From contig CAYTGI010000001.1 in NCBI GenBank assembly GCA_964437465.1, positions 5,614 through 69,613 of the forward strand: DNA of 64,000 nucleotides, written 5' to 3'. Source of the DNA: an uncultured Candidatus Saccharibacteria bacterium. Lineage in GTDB: Bacteria > Patescibacteriota > Dojkabacteria > J137. This document shows, piece by piece, positions 40,170-49,610 of this stretch (position 1 is its first letter; each line of letters begins with the position of its first letter). The position numbers and the translations under genes are program-made. The notes under the pieces are model-generated. The model searched no databases. It saw only the letters and a program-made list of their open reading frames with translations, and was not told the origin of the DNA.

Positions 40170-40720
40170 TAGTTAACTAGTATTTCAATAGTTTCAGTTT
40201 TAGTGATTGCACCTATCGATACCCTAGCTGTTATTGTATTTAACCCAACTTCTAGATATTCATCAATACCCCCTGGATTTTCTTCACTTATAGCCATTTC
40301 CTGCCTCATTATTGTTCTACCTGCCTTATTTATTTCCCAAGAAACATTAAACTCAAAGTTTTCTTGTCCCCAGGCATTATTATTTATATAAGGAGTAACC
40401 ATAATGTTGTAAAGGTTTAGCGGATCATCAATTACTTCATATTCAATTTCTAATCTTATATCTTCTTGGTCAGTTACAGAAATTCCGTCAGGAGTTTCTG
40501 CTGGTTTAAGATAGATAGCCCCAAAGGTTCCAAATCCTACAAGCATAATTGCTGCAACTGCTAGAGGTTTACCCATGAATCCATATCGAGGAGTTGTTAA
40601 ATATTTAATTTTTTTTCTCTGTTTATAAAGAATAAAGCCCATCACAGCTATTGAGATTATTGTAATTGCTAGGGCTCCTAGTAAAAGTGTGTATTGTTCA
40701 GAAGAAATAGTATTATCCAT
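40169..40720 (-). CDS. Hypothetical membrane-anchored protein
   Basis: 183 aa with two TM helices. Confidence 0.4.
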   Translation of the reverse strand: MDNTISSEQYTLLLGALAITIISIAVMGFILYKQRKKIKYLTTPRYGFMGKPLAVAAIMLVGFGTFGAIYLKPAETPDGISVTDQEDIRLEIEYEVIDDPLNLYNIMVTPYINNNAWGQENFEFNVSWEINKAGRTIMRQEMAISEENPGGIDEYLEVGLNTITARVSIGAITKTETIEILVN

Positions 40721-41339
40721 TATTGATTTGTAATGTATTTAAAAATTGTATGAATTCATTTAGTTCAGATTTATTTATATCAACATCATCCACATATAAT
40801 AACCCAGAATGAATGCAAATATTTTCAGCTATACATCCATAAAGTTGTCTAATCATTTCTTCACCTTCAAATGGCCAGTAGAATTCTGTATTTAAATTAT
40901 AACCTCCAATAGATCTTTGGTCATATGATCCTATTTGATTTGCTGTATGGTTTATCTCGGATCCTATTGATATATAATAATTTTCTTCTGACGAAGAATA
41001 AATCTCAAATATCTCACATTTCTCCCCAAGACATTCAAATGGAGTACCTACTGTGCTTCCAAATCTAGACATTACCTCGTAAGATTGGCCTATAGATATT
41101 ATTATACCTTCGGAAGTTGAAATTGTTTTTGGGTCTTCTACTGGAAGAAGTTCAACTTCAAGTGTTTTCTGAATTTCATCTGACGCATCAGCAGTTTGTA
41201 TCGAACTAACAGAAATATCCTCGTTTTTTTCTTTATTATTAATTAGAAAGGTTAAAGTCACAGTCATAAGTAACAAACCCAAAAAGGTTGTTATGAAAAT
41301 TCCGTAAAGCGCTCCAGTTGCAGATTTTCTTGGATCCAT
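40713..41339 (-). CDS. Hypothetical membrane-anchored protein
   Basis: 208 aa with one N-terminal TM helix and several Cys residues. Confidence 0.4.
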   Translation of the reverse strand: MDPRKSATGALYGIFITTFLGLLLMTVTLTFLINNKEKNEDISVSSIQTADASDEIQKTLEVELLPVEDPKTISTSEGIIISIGQSYEVMSRFGSTVGTPFECLGEKCEIFEIYSSSEENYYISIGSEINHTANQIGSYDQRSIGGYNLNTEFYWPFEGEEMIRQLYGCIAENICIHSGLLYVDDVDINKSELNEFIQFLNTLQINNG

Positions 41340-41391
41340 TGATTTATGATAATATAAGTTAGTATAAATAATTTCTTACTCCCTGTAAACG

Positions 41392-41667
41392 ATGAGGAAA
41401 GAGCTTGAAAGAAAATTGAGAGATAAAAAACTTAAAGTTGCTCCTGTTGATCAGGAAACATCGGAACTTATCAAAGAGCTAGCGAAGCTAACCGATGAAT
41501 ATCCATCAGATATAATTAAAGCAGCGATATTAATGCTATCAAAATCTCTAGGACATCAGGTAGTTTTAAGAGACCCTGATTCTGACTGGGAGTTAATTAT
41601 TAATGGTTTTAGGAGTTATAAAAGTAAATACAAGTTAAATCCAGGAAGTAATGAGCGATCAAGATAA
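41392..41667 (+). CDS. Hypothetical protein (91 aa)
   Basis: Open frame only. Confidence 0.35.
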   Translation: MRKELERKLRDKKLKVAPVDQETSELIKELAKLTDEYPSDIIKAAILMLSKSLGHQVVLRDPDSDWELIINGFRSYKSKYKLNPGSNERSR

Positions 41668-42079
41668 CTCCAAAGTCTCAGAAGTTGATGATCTAATTGA
41701 TGATTATGATCTTATTGATGAAGAATTATTAGAAGAGGAATTTTCAGATGGATATGAAGAAGGATATGAGGCAGCAAAAAAAGAAGTTACAGGTGAGTTA
41801 GAACCTAGAGCTGAAACTATAGCTGAAAGTAACTCAGATTCTATTTACTCAAAAAGAGAAGACACAAGAAGCCGATTAGCTATAATCTATACTGTTCTTA
41901 CTTTTATAATTTTCTTTTCAGGAATGCTTATTGCTGTTGTAGATGGATTAGCTAGAAATGTAAGTATAATTGAAAACCTTGAAGTAATTATTCCGTTGAT
42001 CTCCGGAGTTTTCTTAGGAACTTTAGGTTTTGTCCTTGGATATTACTTCCGAAAGGCAGAAAAGGATGATGTTGTATAA
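41651..42079 (+). CDS. Hypothetical acidic protein with a C-terminal membrane anchor
   Basis: Acidic N-terminus (DDLIDDYDLIDEE) and two C-terminal TM helices. Confidence 0.35.
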   Translation: MSDQDNSKVSEVDDLIDDYDLIDEELLEEEFSDGYEEGYEAAKKEVTGELEPRAETIAESNSDSIYSKREDTRSRLAIIYTVLTFIIFFSGMLIAVVDGLARNVSIIENLEVIIPLISGVFLGTLGFVLGYYFRKAEKDDVV

Positions 42080-42085
42080 TCCATC

Positions 42086-42514
42086 ATGTCGCTACAAATA
42101 TTAATCCCTAAAACATCAAAAAAGGTAAAACTACCATTTTTTGGGACATCAGTTAACGCTGGCTTCCCAAGTCCTGCTGATGACTTCGTAGAACGTAAGC
42201 TTGACTTGAATGAATATTTAATAAAGCATCCAGCCGCAACTTTTTTTGTTAGAGCAACAGGGGATTCAATGAAAAACATAGGGATTCATTCAGGAGATTT
42301 ACTTATTGTTGATAGATCCCTTGATGTTGTAGATGGAAAAATTGTTATAGCTGCAATTGACGGTGAATTTACTGTAAAAAGAGTAAAAAAGATTAATGGG
42401 GAGTTATTTCTTGTTCCTGAAAACGAGAACTATAAACCGATAAAGATAGATAGTGAGGATGAGTTTCAGATCTTCGGTGTTGTTAAGAATGTTATAAAGA
42501 ATTTGTTAAATTAA
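42086..42514 (+). CDS. umuD: UmuD-like S24 peptidase (LexA C-terminal domain fold, no HTH)
   Basis: ATGDSM Ser motif, a Lys in FTVKRVKK, a candidate Ala-Gly cleavage site (VNAGFP); 142 aa. Confidence 0.75.
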   Translation: MSLQILIPKTSKKVKLPFFGTSVNAGFPSPADDFVERKLDLNEYLIKHPAATFFVRATGDSMKNIGIHSGDLLIVDRSLDVVDGKIVIAAIDGEFTVKRVKKINGELFLVPENENYKPIKIDSEDEFQIFGVVKNVIKNLLN

Positions 42515-42650
42515 ATAAATATATATATTAGTGTATTTTTATAGCTGATTCTAAGATGATGGATGTAATGGCAGATGACAATTATGATTATGATAATTCA
42601 CCTGAAGAGAATGATCATGAAAGGCTAAGAGATCTTCTTGAAGGTGAAGA

Positions 42651-43457
42651 TTAATATAAAATAGTTAAAAACTTTAATTTTACTGCATCCTTTCCCACAA
42701 GCAACTCTTTAGTTATTTCTATTTTTTCTTTTTTCCGTAGGTATAAATACCTATTTAATACACATACCTGAGCAGCGTTTCTCATAATTACTGAAGCAGG
42801 ACAATGTACATATCTGGTAGGGTTTGCAGAAGCTTTGGCTCTGAAGTAGTTTGGAGCATAATAAGTTGTTAATCTTGTTTGTAACTCATTAAAAAAATCT
42901 AATGGACTGAGTTGAAAAGGCATATTCTCTAAAAGTTTATTAACTTTACCTCCTTGCGAAGAGATAATTCCATGCTCTCTTAAAATCTCAAGATAATAAT
43001 CATCTGACAACATACTAAATCTGAAGCCTGAATTTCTAAGCGGGTCAACAATAAGCGCTGCTTGATGTCCATAGTTTCCCGCAAACAAATGAATATGTCG
43101 TAAGAATGTACTTACTTCACCTGCGTAACTATCTGACACCTGGTTCAAAACTCCTTCTGTTCTAAATTCTTCAATAAAGGCAGGACCTAAAACAAGCGCG
43201 GCAGACATTGCATTCTGCCATCCAATATTATATTTAGATATCCAGTTATCTGCTACTGCAATCATACCTACAATTTCTCCTGTTAATCGTCTTACTATTT
43301 CATTACGATCTCCTGGGTAGTAAGTGTAATGAGCACCATTTTCTGTAAGAGTTCTAATATCCATACTCGGAACAACACCTTTTGACAAAGCATCATCTAA
43401 ATACTTTCTTTTTGAACCTTCATAGTTATCTGGCTTTTCCTCAAAAATGTCAGGCAT
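42651..43457 (-). CDS. Hypothetical protein (268 aa) inserted on the opposite strand between umuD-like and the Y-family polymerase gene
   Basis: Open frame with no recognisable motif. Confidence 0.4.
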   Translation of the reverse strand: MPDIFEEKPDNYEGSKRKYLDDALSKGVVPSMDIRTLTENGAHYTYYPGDRNEIVRRLTGEIVGMIAVADNWISKYNIGWQNAMSAALVLGPAFIEEFRTEGVLNQVSDSYAGEVSTFLRHIHLFAGNYGHQAALIVDPLRNSGFRFSMLSDDYYLEILREHGIISSQGGKVNKLLENMPFQLSPLDFFNELQTRLTTYYAPNYFRAKASANPTRYVHCPASVIMRNAAQVCVLNRYLYLRKKEKIEITKELLVGKDAVKLKFLTILY

Positions 43458-43488
43458 ATTGATATAATTAAGCTAGAAATTTTAACAG

Positions 43489-44766
43489 ATGAAACAAAGG
43501 GTATTTGGTTTAATAGACTGCAACAACTTCTTTGCTTCCTGCGAGCGTGTATTTGACCCTAAACTGATTAGAAAGCCTATTGCGATTCTTTCTAACAATG
43601 ATGGTTGTATTATCGCAAGATCATCGGAAGTAAAAAAAATGGGGGTGCCTATGGGTGCCCCTCTTCATGAGTGGAAAGATTTGATTGAGCGAAATCATGT
43701 AAATATTTACTCGGCTAACTTTCACCTTTATGGAGATATGTCAAATAGAGTTATGCAAATCTTAGAGAAGTTTTCTCCTGATGTTCAAGTTTATTCAATA
43801 GATGAGGCGTTTATTGACTTAACTCACGTTAAAACAGGAGATCTTTATGAATATGGCAAAAAGATTAGGGATACAATTATGAAATGGACAGGACTTCCGG
43901 TTTCTGTTGGAATAGCTTCTACTAAAACACTGTCTAAAATTGCTGTTGAACATGCTAAGAAAAATGAAGAAGATCAAGGTTGTTATGTTTTAGATTCTGA
44001 AGAAAAGATTAATAACTATTTAGACACACTTCCAGTTCAAGAAATTTGGGGAATAGGGTACAGGCTTTGTATGAGACTAAACGGACAGGGAGTATACACT
44101 GCTCTTGATTTTAAAAAGCTAGATGAGCGAAAAGTTAGACAAGACATGAGTGTGACTGTTCAAAGAACTTTAAATGAATTAAATGGAATTCATTGTATCG
44201 AAGGAGTTGAAAATAAGGAAACTAAGAAACAGATAATTAGTTCTAGATCTTTTGGAAGAAGGGTCACTTCTTTGAGTGAACTAAAAGAGTCGGTTGCAAG
44301 TTACGTAGCGAGAGCTTCTGAAAAGCTAAGAAGACAGGGTTCTGTCGCAAGTTTTATAGGAGTTAGTGTAAGAACAAATAAATTTGCGAAAGATGAAAAA
44401 CACTACCATAATTCATACTATATGAGCCTAGAAACACCAACAGATTATTTAGCAGATCTAACTAAAGCTGCACACTTTTGTTTAGAACAGATTTATAGAA
44501 AAGGAGTTGTCTATAAAAAATCAATGGTACAATTAGGAGGATTAGTCCCAAGAGATAGTCAAAAAATTAATATGTTTGATCCTGAGTATGATACTGAGAA
44601 AAATAAGATAGTTATGGGGGCTTTTGATCAAATTAATAAAGAGTGGGGAAGTGGAACTATTAAAACTGCCGCGATGGGGAATAAGCAAACATGGAAAGCT
44701 AAAAGCAATCTAAGAAGTCCAAGGTATACGACTAGTTGGGAGGAGATAGTGAAAATTAAGAATTAA
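43489..44766 (+). CDS. Y-family DNA polymerase (UmuC/DinB)
   Basis: IDCNNFFASCERVFDP and SIDEAFIDLT motifs. Confidence 0.9.
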   Translation: MKQRVFGLIDCNNFFASCERVFDPKLIRKPIAILSNNDGCIIARSSEVKKMGVPMGAPLHEWKDLIERNHVNIYSANFHLYGDMSNRVMQILEKFSPDVQVYSIDEAFIDLTHVKTGDLYEYGKKIRDTIMKWTGLPVSVGIASTKTLSKIAVEHAKKNEEDQGCYVLDSEEKINNYLDTLPVQEIWGIGYRLCMRLNGQGVYTALDFKKLDERKVRQDMSVTVQRTLNELNGIHCIEGVENKETKKQIISSRSFGRRVTSLSELKESVASYVARASEKLRRQGSVASFIGVSVRTNKFAKDEKHYHNSYYMSLETPTDYLADLTKAAHFCLEQIYRKGVVYKKSMVQLGGLVPRDSQKINMFDPEYDTEKNKIVMGAFDQINKEWGSGTIKTAAMGNKQTWKAKSNLRSPRYTTSWEEIVKIKN

Positions 44767-46306
44767 TAATTACCTATAAACTTCCTTGCCTCTAAAATTT
44801 CATCCTCAACTAACTCATGACCACCTTCATGAATAAATGTTGACACCTCTGCAGCTCTTTCAGAAAGTAGTCGCTCTAGACGGTCAATTTCGTCAGGCGT
44901 TCTAAGATAAATATCTTTTTTACCGCTGGTAATAAAAATATTAGTTCCAAAGAGATCTATTTCTTCAGGTTCAAAAGGGATCATTGGATGAAATAAAATT
45001 GCATTTTTTACTATTCCTGGATTTTTAAGAATAAAACTAAGCGCAAAATTAGCTCCATTTGAATAACCTACAAAAATTGCTTTATCTAAATTAACTTTAT
45101 CTTTCATTTTTTCTAAAAAGCTTTTTAACTTATCTACTTCAGAAAAAATACTTTCCTCTCTAAAAGTACCATCAATATTTCTTTCAAAAAATCTTAATAA
45201 GCCTTCTTCATTAATATTTCCTCGAAGTGACAGAATATTTGCCTTGTCGTCTAAACACATAGCAAGAGGAATTAAATCTCTTTCATTTGCTCCAGTTCCA
45301 TGAAAAAGAATTAAGGTTTTGTCTGAATCGTTATTAATGAATCTATAGGTAAATTCAATTTCTTCTTCCTCTTCATGATTCTCTTCATTAGTAATTATTG
45401 GGTTAAGCATCGCCTCGTAATATTTTCTATTGGGTTCGTACTGTGAGGGTAGTTTTAAATCTTCACCTAAAGTCTCTATTGATTCATCTATTAGCATTCC
45501 TGGTGGATCTGTAGCTATCTCAAAAAGAATTCCTCCTGGTTCTTTAAAATAGACTGAATGAAAATAATTTCTATCTATTACAGGTGTTGGACTCAAATTA
45601 TCCTTTTCAATTTTTTTTCTTAATTCAATTTCTTTAGTATCATCTTTAGCTCTAAAGGCAATGTGGTGAACTGTACCTGCACCTTGGATTCCTTCTGGCC
45701 ACCCCTTCATTTCGAATATATCAATTACGTTACCAATTTTGTGATTCTTATCTTTAAATCTTGTATGAAAGCCTTCAGAATCGACTTCTTCAAAATCAAA
45801 GAATTTTTCTAAAACTTTTTGAGTTGGTCCTTTAAGACCTACTGAAAGTTCTGCTCCAAAGAATCCTCTAATTGCATATTTCTTGTCTACTATTTTGTTC
45901 CAAATATCAATATTTTTATCTTGATCATTCATAACAAGCTCAAGTTGGAGTCCATCAAAATCGTAAAAGGTCAAAATTTTATTACCAAACATCTCTGAAG
46001 GTTGTTCGTGTTTTACACCATGCTTTTGTAATCTTTCTATCCAAAAACCCATAGATTCTTTAGGAATAGAAAACATTATTTTAGTAACTTGTCCTATGCC
46101 TCTCATTCCCGTTCCAGCATCTTCGAAGGGAAAAAGCGTCATTAAAGTACCGGGGTTTCCTTTTTTATCTCCAAAGTAAAGATGGTAAACATCAGGAGCA
46201 TCAAAGTTAACAGTTTTTTCACAAACCTTAACCCTAAGACATTAGTATAAAAATCATAAGTCTTTTGAGCATTGGAACTGATTGTTGTTATGTGGTGAAT
46301 TGACAT
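44763..46306 (-). CDS. Fusion of a two-domain VOC (glyoxalase/ring-cleaving dioxygenase, MhqA/MhqE-like) protein with a phospholipase/carboxylesterase (MhqD-like alpha/beta hydrolase). The N-terminal ~55 codons are in a different frame (frameshift in a T6/A6 run at 46214-46219)
   Basis: Track ORF 44763..46142 begins in mid-VOC domain. Upstream, in a frame offset by one nucleotide, the minus strand reads MSIHHITTISSNAQKTYDFYTNVLGLRFVKK, and after the A6 run continues TVNFDAPDVYHLYFGDKKGNPGTL straight into MTLFPFEDAG. VHHIAF and LILFHGTGANERDL...GYSNGA motifs. Confidence 0.65.
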
Positions 46307-46363
46307 ATAAGATATTAACCTACATTTTTGAACATTTTATGAATTTATTTTCCTTTCATGTTT

Positions 46364-46686
46364 ATTTTGATACAAGATACTTAACATTTTCAAACTCGAA
46401 AATATGAAAATCTGTATTTAAACTGATTATTTCTTTATTTGGTCTAATCATATTAATTTCACGTTCACCCTTTTTATGTACAATTCAATTTAAAAGAATT
46501 TTTCTTTTTTGAGCAAAACTACCTGGAATAAAATCAACAACTCTTTTACCTATAATCTCATCCTCATTGTAGCCGGTGAGTGTTAATGCCTTTGGGCTGA
46601 CCCAATCAAAAGTTTGAGAGAAGGTATCCACTAATATCCGGATCTTCAATATACTCACTAGCTTTATTTAATAACTCTTTATTCAT
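46364..46686 (-). pseudogene. Decayed third tandem PAS-domain paralogue (two or more frame disruptions)
   Basis: Three frames together read MNKELLNKASEYIEDPDISGYLLSNF / DWVSPKALTLTGYNEDEIIGKRVVDFIPGSFAQKRKILLN / VHKKGEREINMIRPNKEIISLNTDFHIFEFENVKYLVSKI, which is co-linear with the two intact paralogues. Confidence 0.55.
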
Positions 46687-47020
46687 CAACAATTTTTGCG
46701 ACAATATATAAAACTCTATCTAAAGTAAAGATTCTAAATTCAGCTTCGATAGGAAATTCTTCTCCTTTTGAATTTTTAAAAGTTATTTTCCTTTGCCCTT
46801 TTTTAGATGAGATCAAATCAAGAAGGATTTTTCTAGATTCGTTTGGAGTTGTTGTTAGGTAATCATAAACTTTCTTAACTTCTAATTCTTCTTTAGAACA
46901 GCAAAACATATCTAGAGCTTTATCACTAACATACTCGAATGTGGCTGAGTACATATCAATTATAAAATCTGGTTCTGTAAAAAATTCATTTCCTTTTTCA
47001 AATACTTCTTTTTTAAGCAT
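46679..47020 (-). CDS. Single-domain PAS protein
   Basis: 113 aa; paralogue of 47026..47376 (PDFI(I/V)DM...WVS...IV(A/S)KI). Confidence 0.6.
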   Translation of the reverse strand: MLKKEVFEKGNEFFTEPDFIIDMYSATFEYVSDKALDMFCCSKEELEVKKVYDYLTTTPNESRKILLDLISSKKGQRKITFKNSKGEEFPIEAEFRIFTLDRVLYIVAKIVDE

Positions 47021-47025
47021 AGGTA

Positions 47026-47376
47026 TTATTCTATAGTTACTTTTTCAATTATTTTCGAAACTATATACATAGTATTTTCATGAGTAAATGTTTGAAATTC
47101 AGTTTTAAGAATACTTTCACCACCATCTTTTCGATTAATCTTTAATTCTCTTTCTCCAGAATCGTTTACAATTCTATCTACTACTTCCTTTCTCTTTTCA
47201 AAAAAAGTTCCTTTTAGAAATTTTGTTGCTTGTTGACCTACTAACTCACTCTCTTCGTATCCACATAATTCCAAAAGTTTTGGACTTACCCATTGAAGTG
47301 TTACGTCAAACATGTCGACTATAAAGTCTGGGGAATCTGAAAGTTCTTTTGCTTTTGAGAGTAGGTCTTCTTTCAT
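47026..47376 (-). CDS. Single-domain PAS protein
   Basis: 116 aa; paralogue of 46679..47020. Confidence 0.6.
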   Translation of the reverse strand: MKEDLLSKAKELSDSPDFIVDMFDVTLQWVSPKLLELCGYEESELVGQQATKFLKGTFFEKRKEVVDRIVNDSGERELKINRKDGGESILKTEFQTFTHENTMYIVSKIIEKVTIE

Positions 47377-47406
47377 ATGCGGCTTTTCAAGGAGTTAAAT
47401 TAATTA

Positions 47407-47480
47407 TGGAGCCGGAGGGAATCGAACCCACAACCTCATGAATGCCATCCATGCGCTCTAGCCAATTGAGCTACGGCCCC
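47407..47480 (-). tRNA. tRNA-Ala (anticodon GGC)
   Basis: Manual fold gives a 7-bp acceptor stem with G3:U70, D-arm GCTC/GAGC, anticodon loop AT-GGC-AT and T-loop GGTTCGATTCC; no encoded CCA. Confidence 0.85.
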
Positions 47481-47529
47481 TATTTGTAATTATACTCTAA
47501 CTTAATAAAAGGGTATAATTCAATGCTTT

Positions 47530-49299
47530 ATGAAAAATATAATTAGATTACTAAAAATTTCCAAACCATTAAATGGAATAATGTACTTCATTCTATTTCT
47601 TTCTATTTTTACTGGAATTTTAAGTCAGATAATACCTATTGTATCAAAAGTTGTTGTTGATGAGATTCAAAAGAATATCCAAACTGGTGAAGGGAATATA
47701 AACTACATGTTTATGTTTATTAGTATTGGCTTTGGATTAAGTATACTAAATGTGGCTTTAGGTTCAGTTTCTCAAAGAGTTGGAGATCATTTTGGTGGGG
47801 AGTTAAGAAGATTTTTAATCTCAAAATTTTATAATCATATCTTTAGATTGCCACAAAGTTATTTTGATACAGAAATCTCTGGGAAAATTGTTAATCAACT
47901 AAACAGGGGAATTGTTTCAGTTCAGGGGTTTATGAATGCTGCTTCGAATTTTATCTTTCCAAATATTCTGCTAAGTATTTTCACAATCATAACAATGTTT
48001 ATCTACAGTCATCCTGTAGCTATTTTTACAATAATACTTTTTCCAATTTATACATATCTAAGTTACTACTCATCTAAAAAATGGGGTGAAGAAGAAGTTA
48101 AGAAAAATAAACATGAAGATATAACAAGAGGAAGAATTCAGGAGGTTATTACGAATATGAAGCTGGTTAAAGGATATTCCAATCAATTAAATGAATATAA
48201 ATTTGTTGATAAGGAGCAGGCTACAGTAAATAAAATTTATGCAAAGCAAAGTAGGACATTCCATATCTTTGATTTTCTAAGAAACTTTAGTTTGGAGCTG
48301 ATTCTTTTAGGCATGAACGTAGTTATTTTCTACAACGCATTTCAAGGAAACTACACTTTTGGAGATGTTGTTTTATTAATGCAGCTAATTATGCAAATTA
48401 GGAGACCTCTTTTTGCAATGTCATTTATTCTTACACAGTTACAGCAAACTGAAGCTGGTACTAAAGAATTTTTTGAAATTTTAGATTTACCAGAGATTGA
48501 AAACTATGAAGACTTCAAAACTGATATAGAAGTTAAAGGAGCGTCTTTAGAGTTTAAAGATGTTTCTTTCCACTATGATCGATCTGATGAAACTGTATTA
48601 AAGAATCTAGATTTAAAAATTCAAAAAAATGAGAAAGTTGCATTAGTTGGGCATTCTGGAGCTGGTAAATCTACTCTGATTAACTTAATAATGAAGTTTT
48701 ACGATCCATCAGAAGGTGAGATTTTAATTGATAAGCATGAATACTCTAAATTATCTCATAACGAAGTTAGATCATTAATCTCCCTTGTTTTTCAAGAAAA
48801 TGAATTATTTTCTACAACAATTAGAGAGAATGTTGCGTATGGAATGGAAGTAAAGGATGAGGAAATAATTAAAGCTTTGAAGGCAGCTAATGCATGGGAC
48901 TTTGTAAAGAAGTTTAAGAAAAAATTGAAAACTGAGGTGGGTGAAAGAGGAGTTAGACTTTCTGGAGGACAGAAACAAAGAATTCAAATTGCTAGAGCTC
49001 TTTTACACGATAGTCCTATTGTTATTTTAGATGAGGCAACAAGCAACTTGGATTCTAAATCTGAGAACGAAGTTCAAAATGCTATGGAAGTATTAATGAA
49101 GGATAGGATTGTAATCATTATTGCTCATAGATTTTCAACTATTCAGAATGTAGATAAAATCATTGTACTTAGCGGAGGTGAAATTGTAGACTCAGGTACT
49201 CCAAAAGACTTGTCGAAGAAAGATGGTATATATCGAGATTTATTAAAATATCAGATAGAAGGAGATAAAAAACTGTTAGAGAATTTTGAATTATTTTAA
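47530..49299 (+). CDS. ABC exporter, fused permease-ATPase (MsbA-like)
   Basis: N-terminal 6-TM domain; Walker A GHSGAGKST, signature LSGGQKQR, Walker B ILDEATS. Confidence 0.9.
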   Translation: MKNIIRLLKISKPLNGIMYFILFLSIFTGILSQIIPIVSKVVVDEIQKNIQTGEGNINYMFMFISIGFGLSILNVALGSVSQRVGDHFGGELRRFLISKFYNHIFRLPQSYFDTEISGKIVNQLNRGIVSVQGFMNAASNFIFPNILLSIFTIITMFIYSHPVAIFTIILFPIYTYLSYYSSKKWGEEEVKKNKHEDITRGRIQEVITNMKLVKGYSNQLNEYKFVDKEQATVNKIYAKQSRTFHIFDFLRNFSLELILLGMNVVIFYNAFQGNYTFGDVVLLMQLIMQIRRPLFAMSFILTQLQQTEAGTKEFFEILDLPEIENYEDFKTDIEVKGASLEFKDVSFHYDRSDETVLKNLDLKIQKNEKVALVGHSGAGKSTLINLIMKFYDPSEGEILIDKHEYSKLSHNEVRSLISLVFQENELFSTTIRENVAYGMEVKDEEIIKALKAANAWDFVKKFKKKLKTEVGERGVRLSGGQKQRIQIARALLHDSPIVILDEATSNLDSKSENEVQNAMEVLMKDRIVIIIAHRFSTIQNVDKIIVLSGGEIVDSGTPKDLSKKDGIYRDLLKYQIEGDKKLLENFELF

Positions 49300-49607
49300 T
49301 GTCTAAAAAATACGAAAAAGACTCGAAAACTAGCTTCATAACTAACCAATTCATCCCTCAAAATGAATTAGACTTTCATATATATCCTAAGCTAGATCAT
49401 GTTGAAGTAGAAAAATTACTTAATGAATTTTTGGAAGATAACCAACTGATTGGAAATAAATTTCTTTTGGTAATTACAGGTAAGGGAAAATTAGTTCGCC
49501 CAACAGTCAGGAAAATACTTGGAAAACATCCTTTAGTAGAAAGTTTTAAAGTAGCTGGATACTTTAACGGTCAAGATGGTGCTTTTGAAATAATTGTTAA
49601 GGATTAA
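49299..49607 (+). CDS. Smr-domain protein
   Basis: LDFH...LLVITGKGK... pattern of Smr domains; translationally coupled to the ABC exporter gene. Confidence 0.6.
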   Translation: MSKKYEKDSKTSFITNQFIPQNELDFHIYPKLDHVEVEKLLNEFLEDNQLIGNKFLLVITGKGKLVRPTVRKILGKHPLVESFKVAGYFNGQDGAFEIIVKD

Positions 49608-49610
49608 GTT

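Noticed and set aside
42651-43457. The 268-aa protein between umuD and the polymerase gene as ThyX or a macro/SIR2-type ADP-ribose enzyme
   Set aside because: No RHR..S ThyX motif, no SIR2 GAGIS or macro-domain glycine motifs could be found by eye. Left as hypothetical.
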